DNA from: an uncultured Bacteroidota bacterium
GTDB taxonomy: Bacteria > Bacteroidota > Bacteroidia > Flavobacteriales > TMED113
DNA length: 64,000 bases
Reading direction: 5' to 3'
NCBI GenBank assembly: GCA_902533035.1
Contig: CACAKI010000003.1
Coordinates: 4,479 to 68,478, forward strand
The translations under genes were made by a program, and so were the position numbers. The notes under the pieces are model-generated. The model searched no databases, had not been told where the DNA came from, and worked only from the letters and a program-made list of their open reading frames with translations. Below, in pieces: positions 41,321 through 54,483 of the stretch. Position 1 is the first letter of the stretch, and each line of letters begins with the position of its first letter.

Positions 41321-44300
41321 TTGGCAAAAAATAATAACTTTGAAAGAATAGATTTTGGTTCTTTCTCTGGAAAATTACAATATCCAGATTTTTTAGGTAT
41401 ACAATTAGATTCATTTAGAAAATTTTTTCAACTAAACTCAACCCCTGGTACTAGAAAAAATGAGGGTTTATATAAGGCTTTTAGTGAATATTTTCCAATA
41501 AGTGATACTAGAAATCATTTTATTTTGGAATTTTTGGACTATTTTTTAGACCCTCCAAGATATTCTATGAAAGAATGTATTGCGGCTGGCTTGACTTATA
41601 GTGTTCCATTAAAAGCAAGGTTGAAATTATATTGTACTGATCCAGAACATGAAGATTTTGAAACAATTATTCAAGATGTTTATTTAGGTACAGTTCCTAA
41701 TATGACAGAAAGAGGAACTTTCATTATAAATGGCGCAGAAAGAGTTGTTGTTTCGCAGCTTCATAGGTCTCCTGGTGTTTTTTTCGCACAGACTTACCAT
41801 GCTAATGGAACAAAATTGTATTCTGCACGAATTATTCCTTTTAAGGGTTCTTGGATAGAATTTGCAACTGATGTTAATGGCGCAATGTTTGCGTACATAG
41901 ACAGAAAGAAGAAACTACCGGTCACGACTCTTTTCCGAGCTATAGGTTTTGAACATGATAAAGATATTTTAGAGATGTTTGATTTGGCTGATGAAATAAA
42001 GGTTACAAAAGCTTCGCTAAAGAAAAATATAGGCAGAAAATTAGCTGCTCGAGTTTTAAGGCATTGGATAGAAGATTTTGTAGATGAAGATACTGGAGAA
42101 GTTGTAAGTATTCCTAGAACTGAAATTATAATTGATAGAGATGTGGTTATTGAAAAGGAACATATTGATTTGATTTTAGATTCAAATGTGAAATATATTT
42201 TATTACATAAAAAAGATTCTAATACAGAGTTTTCAATTATTCACAAGACTTTACAAAAAGATCCTACTAATTCAGAATTAGAAGCTATTGAACATATTTA
42301 TAGACAGTTGAGAAATGCAGAACCTCCTGATGAGGAAACTGCGAGAGGAATAATAGAAAAACTATTTTTCTCTGACACTAGGTATAATTTAGGTGAGGTT
42401 GGTCGTTATAGAATTAATAAAAAATTAAATATAACGGATGGTAGAAAAGATCTTGTTTTAACTAGAGATGATATTACTTTAATAGTTAAACATTTGATAA
42501 AATTAGTTAATTCAAAAACTGAGGTTGATGACATTGATCATTTAAGTAATAGAAGAATTAGAACAGTTGGAGAGCAATTAGCTAATCAATTTGGGGTTGG
42601 TCTTGCTAGAATGTCACGAACTATAAAAGAACGAATGAATGTTCGAGATAATGAAGTTTTTACTCCAATTGATTTGATAAATGCGAAGACGTTATCTTCA
42701 GTAATTAATTCTTTTTTTGGTACACATCAGTTATCACAATTTATGGATCAAACAAATCCATTAGCTGAAATTACACATAAGCGTAGAATGTCTGCACTTG
42801 GTCCAGGTGGTTTATCTAGAGAGCGAGCTGGTTTTGAAGTCAGAGACGTTCATTATACTCATTATGGTAGATTGTGTCCTATTGAAACTCCTGAAGGTCC
42901 AAATATTGGACTAATATCTTCTTTGTGTGTTTTTGCAAAAATTAATAAAATGGGCTTTATAGAAACTCCTTATAAAGAAATTGAAAAAGGAAAAGTTTTG
43001 GATAAGCCAATTTTTTTAAGCGCTGAAGAAGAAGAAGAAAAAATTATTGCGCAAGCTAATGCGAGTATAGCCAATGATGGTAAAATTTTAGATCGAAAAA
43101 TTAAGGCAAGAGAAATGGGTGATTTTCCTATTGTAGATCCAAAAAATGTTCATTTTATGGATGTGGCTCCTAATCAAATAGCCTCTATTTCTGCTTCTTT
43201 GATCCCATTTTTAGAGCATGATGATGCTAATAGAGCCCTAATGGGATCTAATATGATGAGACAAGCAGTTCCTTTAATTACGATGGATTCTCCAGTAGTA
43301 GGAACGGGATTAGAAAAAAATGTTGCATTAGATTCAAGAATGTGTGTGAGAGCTACAGGAAAAGGTATTGTAGAATATGTTGATGCAAAAAAGATTATTA
43401 TCAAATATCAATTAAATGATGAGCAAAAATTAATGTCATTTGATGAGTCATTAACTACACACTATCTATCTAAGTTTAAAAAGACTAATCAAAATACTTG
43501 TATTAATTTAGTTCCAAATGTTAAAAAAGGTGAAAAAGTACAGAAAGGTCAATTTTTAACAAGTGGTTATGCTATTGATAAAGGAGAATTAGCTTTAGGT
43601 AAAAACTTAAAAGTTGCATTTATGCCTTGGAAAGGTTATAATTTTGAAGATGCTATAGTTATTTCTGAAAGAGTGGTGAGAGACGATGTATTTACATCTA
43701 TTCATATTGATGAGTATTCATTAGATGTCAGAGAAACAAAATTAGGTGCTGAGGAATTGACTCCTGATATACCAAATGTTAGTGAAGAAGCAACTAAAGA
43801 TTTAGATGAAAATGGAATGATCCGGATAGGGGCTGATATTCTTCCTGGGGATATATTGGTAGGAAAAATTACACCTAAAGGAGAATCTGACCCTTCTCCA
43901 GAGGAAAAATTATTGCGTGCTATTTTTGGTGATAAAGCAGGTGACGTAAAGGATGCATCATTAAAAGCACCACCTTCTTTAAAAGGAACAATTATTGATA
44001 AAAAACTTTTTCAAAAATCAATTAAAACTAAAAAACAAAGATTAGAAGATAAATCTGTTTTAGAAGATTTAGAGAAAGATTATAGTAAAAAGTTTGAAAT
44101 CTTAAAAAGTCAATTAATTGAAAAATTATTTTCTGTATTAAATGGAAAAACTTCATTAGAAGTAAAAAATTTAGATAATGAGGTGGTTATCCCTAAGGGA
44201 AAAAAGATTACGTTAAAATTATTGAATGCTATTAATGACTTTTATTTAGTAGAACCATTTAATTGGGTTAATGATAAAGAAATTGAAAAATTAGTTGGTA

Positions 44301-45124
44301 AAATTATTTTAAATTATAATAAAAAATTCGCAATCATTAATTCTTCCTTTAATAGGGAAAAATATAGAATTAAAGTTGGAGATGAATTACCTAGTGGAGT
44401 ATTGAAATCAGCTAGAATTTATGTAGCTAAAAAAAGAAAATTAAAAGTTGGGGATAAAATGGCAGGTAGACATGGAAACAAAGGTATTGTTGCGAAAATT
44501 GTAAGAGACGCGGACATGCCTTTCTTAGAAGATGGCACTCCAGTAGATATAGTATTAAATCCTTTAGGTGTTCCTTCAAGAATGAATTTAGGTCAAATTT
44601 ATGAAACTGTTTTAGGTTGGGCTGGTGAAAAACTAGGGATGAAATTTGCTACACCTATTTTTGATGGCGCAACAATAGATGAAATCACTAAATATACTAA
44701 TCAAGCAAATCTTCCAAAATATGGACATACTTTTTTATATGATGGGGGTACAGGTGAGAAATTTGATCAGGCCGCAACTGTAGGTGTAATATATATGTTG
44801 AAATTAGGACATATGGTAGATGATAAATTACATGCTCGATCAATCGGTCCTTATTCTTTAATAACACAACAACCTTTAGGAGGTAAAGCTCAATTTGGAG
44901 GTCAAAGATTTGGAGAAATGGAAGTTTGGGCATTAGAAGCATTTGGGGCTTCTAATATCTTAAGAGAAATTTTAACAATTAAATCAGATGATGTTATAGG
45001 AAGAGCAAAAACATATGAATCAATAGTAAAAGGGGATCCGATACCAGAGCCAGGTATTCCGGAGTCTTTTAAAGTGTTGTTAAATGAAATGAAAGGATTG
45101 GGATTAAAAATAAAAATGGATTAA
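41321..45124 (+). CDS. rpoB: RNA polymerase beta subunit
   Basis: [33 protein letters not shown] start. Confidence 0.99.
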   Translation: MAKNNNFERIDFGSFSGKLQYPDFLGIQLDSFRKFFQLNSTPGTRKNEGLYKAFSEYFPISDTRNHFILEFLDYFLDPPRYSMKECIAAGLTYSVPLKARLKLYCTDPEHEDFETIIQDVYLGTVPNMTERGTFIINGAERVVVSQLHRSPGVFFAQTYHANGTKLYSARIIPFKGSWIEFATDVNGAMFAYIDRKKKLPVTTLFRAIGFEHDKDILEMFDLADEIKVTKASLKKNIGRKLAARVLRHWIEDFVDEDTGEVVSIPRTEIIIDRDVVIEKEHIDLILDSNVKYILLHKKDSNTEFSIIHKTLQKDPTNSELEAIEHIYRQLRNAEPPDEETARGIIEKLFFSDTRYNLGEVGRYRINKKLNITDGRKDLVLTRDDITLIVKHLIKLVNSKTEVDDIDHLSNRRIRTVGEQLANQFGVGLARMSRTIKERMNVRDNEVFTPIDLINAKTLSSVINSFFGTHQLSQFMDQTNPLAEITHKRRMSALGPGGLSRERAGFEVRDVHYTHYGRLCPIETPEGPNIGLISSLCVFAKINKMGFIETPYKEIEKGKVLDKPIFLSAEEEEEKIIAQANASIANDGKILDRKIKAREMGDFPIVDPKNVHFMDVAPNQIASISASLIPFLEHDDANRALMGSNMMRQAVPLITMDSPVVGTGLEKNVALDSRMCVRATGKGIVEYVDAKKIIIKYQLNDEQKLMSFDESLTTHYLSKFKKTNQNTCINLVPNVKKGEKVQKGQFLTSGYAIDKGELALGKNLKVAFMPWKGYNFEDAIVISERVVRDDVFTSIHIDEYSLDVRETKLGAEELTPDIPNVSEEATKDLDENGMIRIGADILPGDILVGKITPKGESDPSPEEKLLRAIFGDKAGDVKDASLKAPPSLKGTIIDKKLFQKSIKTKKQRLEDKSVLEDLEKDYSKKFEILKSQLIEKLFSVLNGKTSLEVKNLDNEVVIPKGKKITLKLLNAINDFYLVEPFNWVNDKEIEKLVGKIILNYNKKFAIINSSFNREKYRIKVGDELPSGVLKSARIYVAKKRKLKVGDKMAGRHGNKGIVAKIVRDADMPFLEDGTPVDIVLNPLGVPSRMNLGQIYETVLGWAGEKLGMKFATPIFDGATIDEITKYTNQANLPKYGHTFLYDGGTGEKFDQAATVGVIYMLKLGHMVDDKLHARSIGPYSLITQQPLGGKAQFGGQRFGEMEVWALEAFGASNILREILTIKSDDVIGRAKTYESIVKGDPIPEPGIPESFKVLLNEMKGLGLKIKMD

Positions 45125-45127
45125 ATC

Positions 45128-48100
45128 ATGAATAAATTCACAAAAAACAAAAAAATTTCTAGCGATTTTTCTAGAATAACTATAAGTCTTGCTTCTCCTG
45201 AAGATGTTCTTGAAGAATCTCATGGTGATGTAACAAAACCGGAAACTATAAATTATAGAACTTTTAAGCCTGAAAGAGATGGTTTATTTTGTGAAAGGAT
45301 TTTTGGTCCTGTAAAAGATTTTGAGTGTCATTGTGGTAAGTATAAAGGAATACGATATAAAGGTATAGTTTGTGATAGATGTGGTGTTGAAGTCACTGAA
45401 AAAAAAGTTAGAAGAGAAAGAATGGGGCATATTAATTTAGTAGTTCCTGTTGCTCATATATGGTATTTTAGAACTCTTCCAAATAAAATAGGTTATTTAT
45501 TAGGGCTTCCTTCTAAAAAGTTAGATATGATAATATATTACGAAAAATATGTTGTTATACAACCAGGAAATGCTTGTGATGTAGAAGGGAAACCTCTTCA
45601 GGCTTTGCAATTTTTATCTGAAGAAGAATATCTCAATATTTTAGATGAACTTCCTCAAGAGAACAATTATTTAGAAGATAATGATCCTGAAAAATTTATT
45701 GCTAAGATGGGGGCAGAGGCATTATATCATTTATTGTCCAGGATAGATTTATATACTTTGTCTTGTGAATTGAGGCATGCTGCTCATAATGAAACTTCAG
45801 TTCAAAGAAAAAATGAGGCATTAAAAAGATTACAAGTAGTAGAGGCATTTAGAAAATCTAATGATCATATTGAAAATAAACCAGAATGGATGGTGCTGAA
45901 AGTGATACCAGTTATTCCTCCTGAACTTAGACCATTAGTTCCTTTAGATGGTGGGAGATTTGCAACTTCTGATTTGAATGATTTATATAGAAGGGTTATT
46001 ATTAGAAATAATAGATTGAAAAGATTAATTGATATTAATGCTCCTGAAGTAATATTAAGAAATGAAAAAAGAATGTTACAAGAATCAGTGGATTCTTTAT
46101 TAGATAATACTAGAAAATCTTCAGCTTATAAAACAGAATCTAATAGACCTTTAAAATCTTTATCAGATGGTTTAAAAGGTAAACAAGGTAGATTTAGACA
46201 GAATTTGTTAGGTAAACGAGTTGATTATTCTGCGAGATCAGTTATAGTTGTTGGTCCAAATTTAAAAATGCATGAATGTGGTTTACCTAAGAATATGGCA
46301 GCTGAATTATATAAGCCATTTGTTGTTAGAAAATTAATTGAAAGAGGTATTGTTAAAACTGTAAAATCTGCTAAGAAAATAATTGATAAAAGAGAGCCAA
46401 TAGTTTGGGATATTTTAGAAAATGTTATAAAAGGACACCCTGTTTTATTAAATAGAGCTCCTACGTTACATAGATTAGGGATACAAGCTTATCAACCAAA
46501 ATTAATTGAAGGTGGAGCTATTCAATTGCACCCTCTTTCATGTACAGCTTTTAATGCTGATTTTGATGGAGATCAAATGGCTGTTCATTTACCTTTAGGT
46601 CATGCTGCTATTTTAGAAGCTCAATTATTGATGCTAGGTTCTCATAATATTTTGAATCCAGCAAATGGTTCTCCGATTACTGTTCCTTCTCAAGATATGA
46701 TTTTAGGGTTATATTATATGACTAAAAAACGTATCAGTGATGATTCATTAAAAATGAAAGGAGAAGGATTTACTTTCTATTCTTCCGAAGAAGTTTTAAT
46801 TGCTTATAATGAAAAGAAAATAGATTTACATGCAGTAATTAATTTATTTAATAAGAATGAATCTGGTAAAAAAACAAGTTTTATAGAGACAACTGTTGGA
46901 AGGGTGATTTTTAACGAGGTTGTTCCAAAAGAGTTAGGTTATATAAATGAGGTTTTGACAAAAAAAGCATTAAGAGAAATAATAGGAAAGTTACTAGTTA
47001 AAACTACAATACCAATAACATCAGAATTTTTAGATAATATAAAAGAATTAGGTTATAAAATGGCCTTTCGAGGAGGTCTTTCATTTTCTTTAGGAGATAT
47101 TATTATTCCAAAAGAAAAAGAAAATATGGTAAGTGATGCTACTGTAGAGGTAGACAAAATAATTCAGTCTTATAATTTAGGGCTTATTACTAATAATGAA
47201 AGATATAATCAGATTATTGATGTTTGGACAAAAACTAATTCTTCTCTTACTGAAAGATCTATGGATAGGTTACAAACTGATAATCAAGGTTTTAATTCTG
47301 TTTATATGATGTTAGATTCTGGAGCTAGAGGTTCTAAAGAACAAATACGACAATTGTCTGGAATGAGAGGTTTGATGGCTAAACCTCAAAAATCAGGTTC
47401 TTCTTCAGGTGCTATTATTGAAAATCCTATATTATCTAATTTTAAAGAAGGTTTGTCAATTTTAGAATATTTTATTTCTACTCACGGTGCAAGAAAAGGA
47501 TTAGCGGATACAGCTTTAAAAACAGCTGATGCTGGATATTTAACTCGGAGATTAGTTGATGTTGCTCAAGATGTTATTATTAAGGAAAAAGATTGTGGTA
47601 CATTGAGGGGGTTAGAAATAAAAGATTTAAAGAAAAATGATGAGATTGTTGAAAAATTATCTGACAGAATTGAGGGAAGAGTTTCTTTACATGATGTATA
47701 TGATGAAAATCAAAGTTTATTAATTAAATCAGGAGAAGAAATTCAAAAAAATGATGCTCAAAAAATAGATCAAAGTATTGTAGAATCAGTTTGGGTGAGG
47801 TCAGTATTGACTTGTGAGGCTAAAGAAGGGATTTGTGGTTTGTGTTATGGAAGGAGTCTTTCTTCTAATTCTCCAGCACAAATTGGAGAAGCTGTTGGTG
47901 TTGTTGCTGCTCAATCAATAGGTGAGCCAGGAACACAGTTGACATTAAGAACTTTTCATGTTGGTGGTGTTGCTTCAGGATCTGCTCAAGAATCTTCTAT
48001 TATTGCTAAATTTGATGGGACTATTTATTTTGAAGAGTTAAGAACCGTAAATATTGGAAAAGATTCCAAAAAGAATTCAGAAAAAATAGTTATTGGTAGA

Positions 48101-49468
48101 ACAGGAGAGTTAAGATTGGTTGGGGGAAAAGATGATAATATTATTTATAATAATATGATTCCATATGGATCTAAGATATATGTCAAGAATAAACAATCAG
48201 TGAAAAAGGGTGATCTTATATGTAACTGGGACCCATATAATGCTGTGATTATTTCAGAAATAGATGGTGTTGTTAAATTTGAAGATTTAGAAGAAGGTGT
48301 TACTTATAAAGTGGAAATAGATGAACAAACAGGTTTTAAAGAAAAAGTAATTATTGAATCTAAGGATAAACAAAAAATACCAACTTTGAAAGTTGTAAAA
48401 GGTAAGGTAGAGAAGACGGCTAATTTACCAGTTGGTGCTCATATTATTGTTAATCAGAATAAAAAAATAAAATCTGGTGAAACTTTAGCGAAAATACCTA
48501 GGAGCACATCCAAAAATAGTGATATTACAGGGGGATTACCAAGAATAACAGAATTATTTGAAGCAAGAAACCCATCTAATCCAGCTGTTGTTGCTGAAAT
48601 TGATGGGATAGTAAGTTTTGGGAAAATAAAAAGAGGTAATCGAGAAATTATTATAGAATCTAAATCAGGTGATATTAAGAAATATATGGTTTCGTTGTCT
48701 AAGCAAATTTTAGTGCAAGAACAGGATTTTGTAAAATCTGGAACTCCACTTTCAGATGGGGTTATTTCACCATCTGATTATTTATCTGTTAATGGTATAA
48801 AAAGTGTACAAGAGTATTTAGTTAACGAAGTGCAAGAAGTATATAGACTTCAAGGAGTGAAAATAAATGACAAACATTTTGAAGTTATTGTACGTCAAAT
48901 GATGAGAAAGGTTCAAATAATGGATCCGGGTGATACTAATTTTTTGGAAGGTAATTTAGTTCATAAATTAGATTTTAAAAATCAAAATGATTCTATTTAT
49001 GGAAAAAAAGTTATTGAGAATGCTGGAGATTCTGAAAGATACAAAGAAGGAGATATTATATCTGCAAGAAAATTTATTGATGAAAACTCTTATTTGAAAA
49101 GAAATGATAAAAAAAGGATGGCTTCTAGAGATGCGTTGACAGCTACATCTAAACCTGTTTTACAGGGAATAACACGAGCTTCTTTACAAACAAAAAGCTT
49201 TATTTCTTCTGCTTCCTTTCAAGAAACAACAAAGGTTTTAAATGAAGCTGCTGTGAGTGGAAAAGTAGATACTTTAGAAGGTTTAAAAGAAAATGTTATT
49301 GTTGGTCATAATATCCCAGCAGGCACAGGTCTTTCAGAGTATGAAACTATAATAGTGGGTTCTAAATCTGAGTATGAATCAATGATGAATGATGAACAAG
49401 AAGGTAATATTGATGAGGAAAACGTAGAAAAAGTTCTTGAAGGTGAAAAGGATAATAAAAAAGAATAA
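45128..49468 (+). CDS. rpoC: RNA polymerase beta' subunit
   Basis: NADFDGD active-site motif, Zn-finger Cys motifs, [13 protein letters not shown]. Confidence 0.99.
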   Translation: MNKFTKNKKISSDFSRITISLASPEDVLEESHGDVTKPETINYRTFKPERDGLFCERIFGPVKDFECHCGKYKGIRYKGIVCDRCGVEVTEKKVRRERMGHINLVVPVAHIWYFRTLPNKIGYLLGLPSKKLDMIIYYEKYVVIQPGNACDVEGKPLQALQFLSEEEYLNILDELPQENNYLEDNDPEKFIAKMGAEALYHLLSRIDLYTLSCELRHAAHNETSVQRKNEALKRLQVVEAFRKSNDHIENKPEWMVLKVIPVIPPELRPLVPLDGGRFATSDLNDLYRRVIIRNNRLKRLIDINAPEVILRNEKRMLQESVDSLLDNTRKSSAYKTESNRPLKSLSDGLKGKQGRFRQNLLGKRVDYSARSVIVVGPNLKMHECGLPKNMAAELYKPFVVRKLIERGIVKTVKSAKKIIDKREPIVWDILENVIKGHPVLLNRAPTLHRLGIQAYQPKLIEGGAIQLHPLSCTAFNADFDGDQMAVHLPLGHAAILEAQLLMLGSHNILNPANGSPITVPSQDMILGLYYMTKKRISDDSLKMKGEGFTFYSSEEVLIAYNEKKIDLHAVINLFNKNESGKKTSFIETTVGRVIFNEVVPKELGYINEVLTKKALREIIGKLLVKTTIPITSEFLDNIKELGYKMAFRGGLSFSLGDIIIPKEKENMVSDATVEVDKIIQSYNLGLITNNERYNQIIDVWTKTNSSLTERSMDRLQTDNQGFNSVYMMLDSGARGSKEQIRQLSGMRGLMAKPQKSGSSSGAIIENPILSNFKEGLSILEYFISTHGARKGLADTALKTADAGYLTRRLVDVAQDVIIKEKDCGTLRGLEIKDLKKNDEIVEKLSDRIEGRVSLHDVYDENQSLLIKSGEEIQKNDAQKIDQSIVESVWVRSVLTCEAKEGICGLCYGRSLSSNSPAQIGEAVGVVAAQSIGEPGTQLTLRTFHVGGVASGSAQESSIIAKFDGTIYFEELRTVNIGKDSKKNSEKIVIGRTGELRLVGGKDDNIIYNNMIPYGSKIYVKNKQSVKKGDLICNWDPYNAVIISEIDGVVKFEDLEEGVTYKVEIDEQTGFKEKVIIESKDKQKIPTLKVVKGKVEKTANLPVGAHIIVNQNKKIKSGETLAKIPRSTSKNSDITGGLPRITELFEARNPSNPAVVAEIDGIVSFGKIKRGNREIIIESKSGDIKKYMVSLSKQILVQEQDFVKSGTPLSDGVISPSDYLSVNGIKSVQEYLVNEVQEVYRLQGVKINDKHFEVIVRQMMRKVQIMDPGDTNFLEGNLVHKLDFKNQNDSIYGKKVIENAGDSERYKEGDIISARKFIDENSYLKRNDKKRMASRDALTATSKPVLQGITRASLQTKSFISSASFQETTKVLNEAAVSGKVDTLEGLKENVIVGHNIPAGTGLSEYETIIVGSKSEYESMMNDEQEGNIDEENVEKVLEGEKDNKKE

Positions 49469-49474
49469 TTTTTT

Positions 49475-49786
49475 ATGAAATCAAAAGAAAAGAAAAACCA
49501 ATTAAATATAGAGTTAAAAGAAGAAATGTCTTCAGGTGTTTATTCTAATTTGGTAGTAGTTAATTATTCTCCTTCGGAATTTGTTTTTGACTTTATTTCT
49601 GTGATGCCGGGTCTCCCAAAAGCGAAAGTTAATTCTAGAGTTATATTAAGCCCACAACATGCAAAACGATTATTAAGAGTGTTGGGTGAAAATATTCAAA
49701 CTTTTGAATCTAAAAATGGGAATATAAAAGATTTAGAGGGTGCTAAAGTTCCTATGAATTTTGGAGGGCCAAAAGGTCAAGCTTAA
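49475..49786 (+). CDS. DUF3467 family protein
   Basis: GVYSN...SEF.FDF...RVILSPQHAKRL; usual position after rpoC in Bacteroidota. Confidence 0.87.
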   Translation: MKSKEKKNQLNIELKEEMSSGVYSNLVVVNYSPSEFVFDFISVMPGLPKAKVNSRVILSPQHAKRLLRVLGENIQTFESKNGNIKDLEGAKVPMNFGGPKGQA

Positions 49787-49789
49787 TTA

Positions 49790-50767
49790 TTATAAAAATT
49801 TATTTTTTCTCATCCAATCATCATTAAAAATTTTCCCTAGATATCTACTTCCGTGGTCTGGGAAAATTATAACTACAACATCATCTTTTTTTAGTTTATT
49901 TTTTAATTGCATTAAACCACATAGTGCTGCTCCACATGAATAACCAGCTAGTATACCTTCTTTTTTTGCTATGTCTCTTGTCATTAAAGCAGCATCTTTA
50001 TCACTAACTTTTTCGAATAAATCAATTAAATTAAAGTTAACATTTTCAGGGATAATGTCTTCTCCAATTCCTTCTGTCATATATGGGTATATTTCTTTTT
50101 CATCAAATATATTTGTTTCGTGATATTTTTTAAAAACAGAGCCATAAGGATCAATTCCCCAAACTTTCACATTTTTGTTTTTTTCTTTTAAAAATTTAGC
50201 ACAACCAGTAATTGTTCCCCCAGTGCCAACTCCTGCCACTAAATGAGTTATTTTTCCGGATGTTTGTTCCCAGATTTCTTTTCCAGTTGTTAAATAATGA
50301 GCTTTTGTATTTGATAAATTATCATATTGATTAGGGTAAAACGAATTAGGTATTTCTGTATTTAATTTTTTTGCAATAGAATAATATGAACTTGGATGAT
50401 CTGCAGGAACATCAGTTGGGCAGATATGGACTTTTACTCCCATTGCTTTTAAAATATCCACTTTTTCTTTTGATTGTTTATCAGACATAGTGCAAATTAA
50501 TTTATATCCTTTTTTGATTGCATTCAAGGCTAAGCCCATTCCAGTATTGCCAGATGTGGCTTCAATTATAGTACCTCCTTTTTTTAATTTTCCCTCTTTT
50601 TCCGCATCATTAATTAATTGTAATCCAATTCTATCCTTTATTGAATGGCCTGGATTAAATGATTCAATTTTTACTAAAATAGTTGCACTTACTTTTTTGG
50701 TTATGGTATTTAATTTCACCATAGGAGTTTCTCCTATTAATTCAGTTATATGGTTTGAATATTTCAT
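49790..50767 (-). CDS. PLP-dependent cystathionine beta-synthase / cysteine synthase family enzyme (no C-terminal CBS domains)
   Basis: NPGHSIKDR, EATSGNTG, GVGTGGT, EGIG, PDHGSRY. Confidence 0.9.
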   Translation of the reverse strand: MKYSNHITELIGETPMVKLNTITKKVSATILVKIESFNPGHSIKDRIGLQLINDAEKEGKLKKGGTIIEATSGNTGMGLALNAIKKGYKLICTMSDKQSKEKVDILKAMGVKVHICPTDVPADHPSSYYSIAKKLNTEIPNSFYPNQYDNLSNTKAHYLTTGKEIWEQTSGKITHLVAGVGTGGTITGCAKFLKEKNKNVKVWGIDPYGSVFKKYHETNIFDEKEIYPYMTEGIGEDIIPENVNFNLIDLFEKVSDKDAALMTRDIAKKEGILAGYSCGAALCGLMQLKNKLKKDDVVVIIFPDHGSRYLGKIFNDDWMRKNKFL

Positions 50768-52005
50768 TTTATTTTTAGTGAATTTGAAATTGATAAATTT
50801 GATATTCTAAAATATGGAATCATAATAGCAATTGGAATTAATGCCAATATTAGAAAATTCATTAGAAATATACTATAAAAATCAAAATATATTGGTATTT
50901 CACTTACAAAATATGATGAAGGGTTTAGTTTTATGATTTTTAATTTTTGTTGGGTTAAACACAAAATTAAACCTATTACATTTCCAAACACCAACCCTTT
51001 TGTTACTATACCTAATGTTCTATAATAAAATATTTTTAAAATTTGATAATTACTAGATCCAAAAGATTTTAAAACACCAATCATATGTGTTCTTTCAATC
51101 ACCAATACAAGTAGAAAGTTAGTGATGTTGATTAAGCAAACAATAAGCATAATAATTGTAATTAATATTATATTTTTTTTGAATAAAATTATCCAATTAA
51201 AAATATGTGGGTATTTTTCATAAATGGAAAATGATTTTATTTCATGATTACTTGAAATGGGGTCTATTTTTTGATTTAAAAAATTATTTAATTCCTCTGT
51301 TTTTTTATTATTTTTTAAAAACACTTGGTAATAACTAACTTTTTCTTTCCATCTTAATTTTTTTTGAATGTAATTTAAATTGGTGAAACAAATATTTTTA
51401 TCAAAATCTTCAATTTCAGTTTTATATATTCCACTTACAATCATATTGCTATGTGTGTCATTATAACTATTTTTTTGTTTTCTTATAAAACTTAATAATA
51501 CTGTATCATTCACATTTAAGTTCATTTTTTTTGCTTGAAAATCAGAAATTAAAATTTCAAATTTATTAATAGGTTTATTCCCCTTTTTTATTTTTTTATT
51601 TAAAATTTCCCAATTATATGTTTGATCTAATCCATTGAGTATAATACCTGAAAAATTATTTTTTTTACTAATTATTCCAAATACTGATATAACTGGATTT
51701 ATGTTTAGGATTTGAGGGTGGGTTTTAATTTTTTCTAAATCTTCTTCTTGTATGTAAATATTATTTTGTTTGATGTTATTTTCATGTTTTATGTTGTAAT
51801 AATTTTCTATTGTAATATTAGAATTAATTTCTATAAAGTTTTGTGTAATAGTTTTTTCTAATCCTTTTCCTATGCAAATAGATATTATAATAATGCTAAT
51901 ACTTGAGGTGATAGCTAAAACACAGAGTTTGCTTATTGATTTAGAATATTTTTTTCTTGAATTTTTTTGGTTTAATCTTTTTGCTATAAATAGTTCTGTA
52001 TTCAA
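50764..52005 (-). CDS. Lipoprotein-releasing ABC transporter permease LolC/E family
   Basis: N-terminal TM, large periplasmic domain, ER..MIGVLKSFG, three C-terminal TMs; TTG start. Confidence 0.85.
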   Translation of the reverse strand: MNTELFIAKRLNQKNSRKKYSKSISKLCVLAITSSISIIIISICIGKGLEKTITQNFIEINSNITIENYYNIKHENNIKQNNIYIQEEDLEKIKTHPQILNINPVISVFGIISKKNNFSGIILNGLDQTYNWEILNKKIKKGNKPINKFEILISDFQAKKMNLNVNDTVLLSFIRKQKNSYNDTHSNMIVSGIYKTEIEDFDKNICFTNLNYIQKKLRWKEKVSYYQVFLKNNKKTEELNNFLNQKIDPISSNHEIKSFSIYEKYPHIFNWIILFKKNIILITIIMLIVCLINITNFLLVLVIERTHMIGVLKSFGSSNYQILKIFYYRTLGIVTKGLVFGNVIGLILCLTQQKLKIIKLNPSSYFVSEIPIYFDFYSIFLMNFLILALIPIAIMIPYFRISNLSISNSLKIK

Positions 52006-52035
52006 CTTTGTTATTTTTTAACTAAATTCAAAGAT

Positions 52036-53274
52036 ATGGAGAAGATTAAAATCATTATAAAATTTAGTTTGGTTTTTTATTTTTTTTTCTCAAAATTGCT
52101 ATTTTCTCAGGGTAAATCTATAGAAAAAACAGATTTATATATACCTTTTTTGTTGGATAAGAATATAGGTTTAGTTGTTAATCAAAATTCTAACATCAGT
52201 AATGTGCATTTGATAGACAGTCTAATTGCTTTAGGTTTAAATGTCAAATCAATATTTTCTCCAGAGCATGGGTTTAATGTTAATTTTGCAGCAGGTGAAA
52301 ATATAAAAAACGAATTTTATAAAAATATTCCTATTTTTTCTTTATATGGAAAGAAAAAAAAACCATCATCTAAAATGATGAGTAATTTAGATGTAATTTT
52401 ATTTGATATTCAAGATGTAGGAGTTCGGTTTTACACTTATATCTCTACTTTACATTATGTAATGGAATCCTGTGCTGAAAATAATGTTCCTTTAATTGTT
52501 CTAGATAGGGATAATTTACATTCTAATTATGTGGATGGGCCGATATTAAATAAAGAATTCAAATCCTTTGTGGGAATGCATCCGGTACCAGTTTTATATG
52601 GAATGACTATAGGCGAGTATGCATTAATGATAAATGGAGAATATTGGCTGGCAGACTCATTGATTTGTGATTTAAAGGTGATTAAATTTCAAGAAAAAAT
52701 AAATTATCTTCTTACAGACTCTCTTCTGCCTTTTCCACCTTCTCCAAATTTAAAGACAAATCTCGCTATTAAATTATATCCAACATTATGTTTTTTTGAA
52801 GGAACATCAATAAGTGTAGGGAGAGGGACTGATTTTCCATTTCAAGTCATAGGCGCTCCTGAGTATAAGGATAAAAATTTAGAAAAGTTAGTAAACAACA
52901 CAAATGATTATATTGATCCTGTTAGGTATTCTTTTTATCCTATTTCAAGAGAAGAATGTAAAAAGCCAAAATTTGAAAATAAAGATTGTTTTGGGATAAA
53001 ATTCAATTTAATTTCTAATCAAATGAATATTAAAAAAATAGAGAACTTATCATTTTCAAAGATTGATATTGATTTGATTATTCAGTTTTATAAGAATTAC
53101 CCAAAAAATAAAACTTTTTTCAGTAGTTTTTTTAATACTTTGGCGGGAAATTCTACTTTTCAAAAAAAAATCAAATCTGGTTGGAGTGCGGAAGAAATCA
53201 GATCCTCTTGGAATAAAGATATAGAAGGTTTTTTAGAAATAAGAAAAAAATATTTATTATATCCAAGAAACTAA
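52036..53274 (+). CDS. Exo-beta-N-acetylmuramidase NamZ family (DUF1343)
   Basis: FSPEHG, SLYG, FDIQDVGVRFYTY, GMTIGE, PSPNL, SVGRGT, terminal KYLLY. Confidence 0.9.
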   Translation: MEKIKIIIKFSLVFYFFFSKLLFSQGKSIEKTDLYIPFLLDKNIGLVVNQNSNISNVHLIDSLIALGLNVKSIFSPEHGFNVNFAAGENIKNEFYKNIPIFSLYGKKKKPSSKMMSNLDVILFDIQDVGVRFYTYISTLHYVMESCAENNVPLIVLDRDNLHSNYVDGPILNKEFKSFVGMHPVPVLYGMTIGEYALMINGEYWLADSLICDLKVIKFQEKINYLLTDSLLPFPPSPNLKTNLAIKLYPTLCFFEGTSISVGRGTDFPFQVIGAPEYKDKNLEKLVNNTNDYIDPVRYSFYPISREECKKPKFENKDCFGIKFNLISNQMNIKKIENLSFSKIDIDLIIQFYKNYPKNKTFFSSFFNTLAGNSTFQKKIKSGWSAEEIRSSWNKDIEGFLEIRKKYLLYPRN

Positions 53275-54473
53275 AATTTTCGTACTTCTCGATATTTTTC
53301 CAATCCTTTTTTTAAAATATTACAAGCTTCTAGTATTTTTTTTTCTTTTAAAACATACGCAATCCTTACTTCATTTTTTCCTGTTGTATTTTCACTATAA
53401 AACCCACTTGCTGGAGCCATCATTAATGTTTGTTTCTTTAAGTGAAAATCTTTTAAAATCCATTTACAAAAATCATCTGCATTTTTAATGGGTAGTTTTG
53501 CAATACAATAAAATGCACCTTTTGGCTTTGGGCATATAACTCCTTTAATTTTATTTAATTCTCTCACTAACACATTTCTTCTATTTTCATATTCAGAAAT
53601 AACTTTTTCAAAATACTTTTTTTCTGTTTTTAAAGCAGCTATTCCTGCTAACTGACCAAAAGTTGGTGGGCTTAATCTTGCTTGAGCAAATTTCAAACAT
53701 GTTTCAATAAATTCTTTATTTTTTGAAACTACACAACCTACTCTGGCTCCACACATACTATATCTTTTTGAAGTTGAATCAATTACAATAGTGTTTTCTT
53801 GAATACTTTTTTCTTTTAAAATTGAATGATGTTTATTTTTTTCGTAAACAAACTCTCTATAAACTTCATCTGCTATTAAAAATATATTATGTTTTTTTAC
53901 AATTTTTGCTAGTATTTCTATTTCACTTTTTGTGTATAAGTAGCCGGTAGGGTTATTAGGATTGCAAATTAATATGGCTTTTGTTTTTTGTGATATTTTT
54001 TTTTCAAAATCTTTAATATCAGGTAACTTAAAGTTATTTTCTATTTTTGAAATTACCGCTTTTATTTTTACACTTGATAATTCTGAAAAGCCATTATAAT
54101 TTGCATAGAATGGCTCTGGTATGATTAATTCATCACCTGGGTCTAGAATGCTATTTAAAGTGAAAATTAGCGCTTCTGATCCGCCTGTTGTCACGATAAT
54201 ATCATCTTTTGAAATATGTAAATTAAGCTTTTGATAATAATTTGCTATACCTTCTCTATAACTTTCAATGCCAGCTGAATGACTATATTCTATTTTTTGG
54301 ATATTAAAATTTTTTATTTTTTTTAATACATTTTTTGGAGGTAAAATATCAGGTTGCCCAATATTCAAATGAATTACGTCTACTCCTTTTTTTTTTGCAT
54401 TTTCAGCAAAAGGAACAAGTTTTCTGATAGGGGATTCAGGCATTCTTTTTCCTTTTTTAGAAATGTTTGGCAT
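53271..54473 (-). CDS. PLP-dependent aminotransferase class I/II (aspartate aminotransferase-like)
   Basis: LNIGQPD, NPNNPTG, ADEVY, S.SKRYS.CGARVG. Confidence 0.92.
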   Translation of the reverse strand: MPNISKKGKRMPESPIRKLVPFAENAKKKGVDVIHLNIGQPDILPPKNVLKKIKNFNIQKIEYSHSAGIESYREGIANYYQKLNLHISKDDIIVTTGGSEALIFTLNSILDPGDELIIPEPFYANYNGFSELSSVKIKAVISKIENNFKLPDIKDFEKKISQKTKAILICNPNNPTGYLYTKSEIEILAKIVKKHNIFLIADEVYREFVYEKNKHHSILKEKSIQENTIVIDSTSKRYSMCGARVGCVVSKNKEFIETCLKFAQARLSPPTFGQLAGIAALKTEKKYFEKVISEYENRRNVLVRELNKIKGVICPKPKGAFYCIAKLPIKNADDFCKWILKDFHLKKQTLMMAPASGFYSENTTGKNEVRIAYVLKEKKILEACNILKKGLEKYREVRKF

Positions 54474-54483
54474 GGAAAAAAAA

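Noticed and set aside
49790..50767. CBS-like enzyme lacking regulatory CBS domains as a truncation
   Set aside because: The catalytic domain is complete and short forms of this family are common
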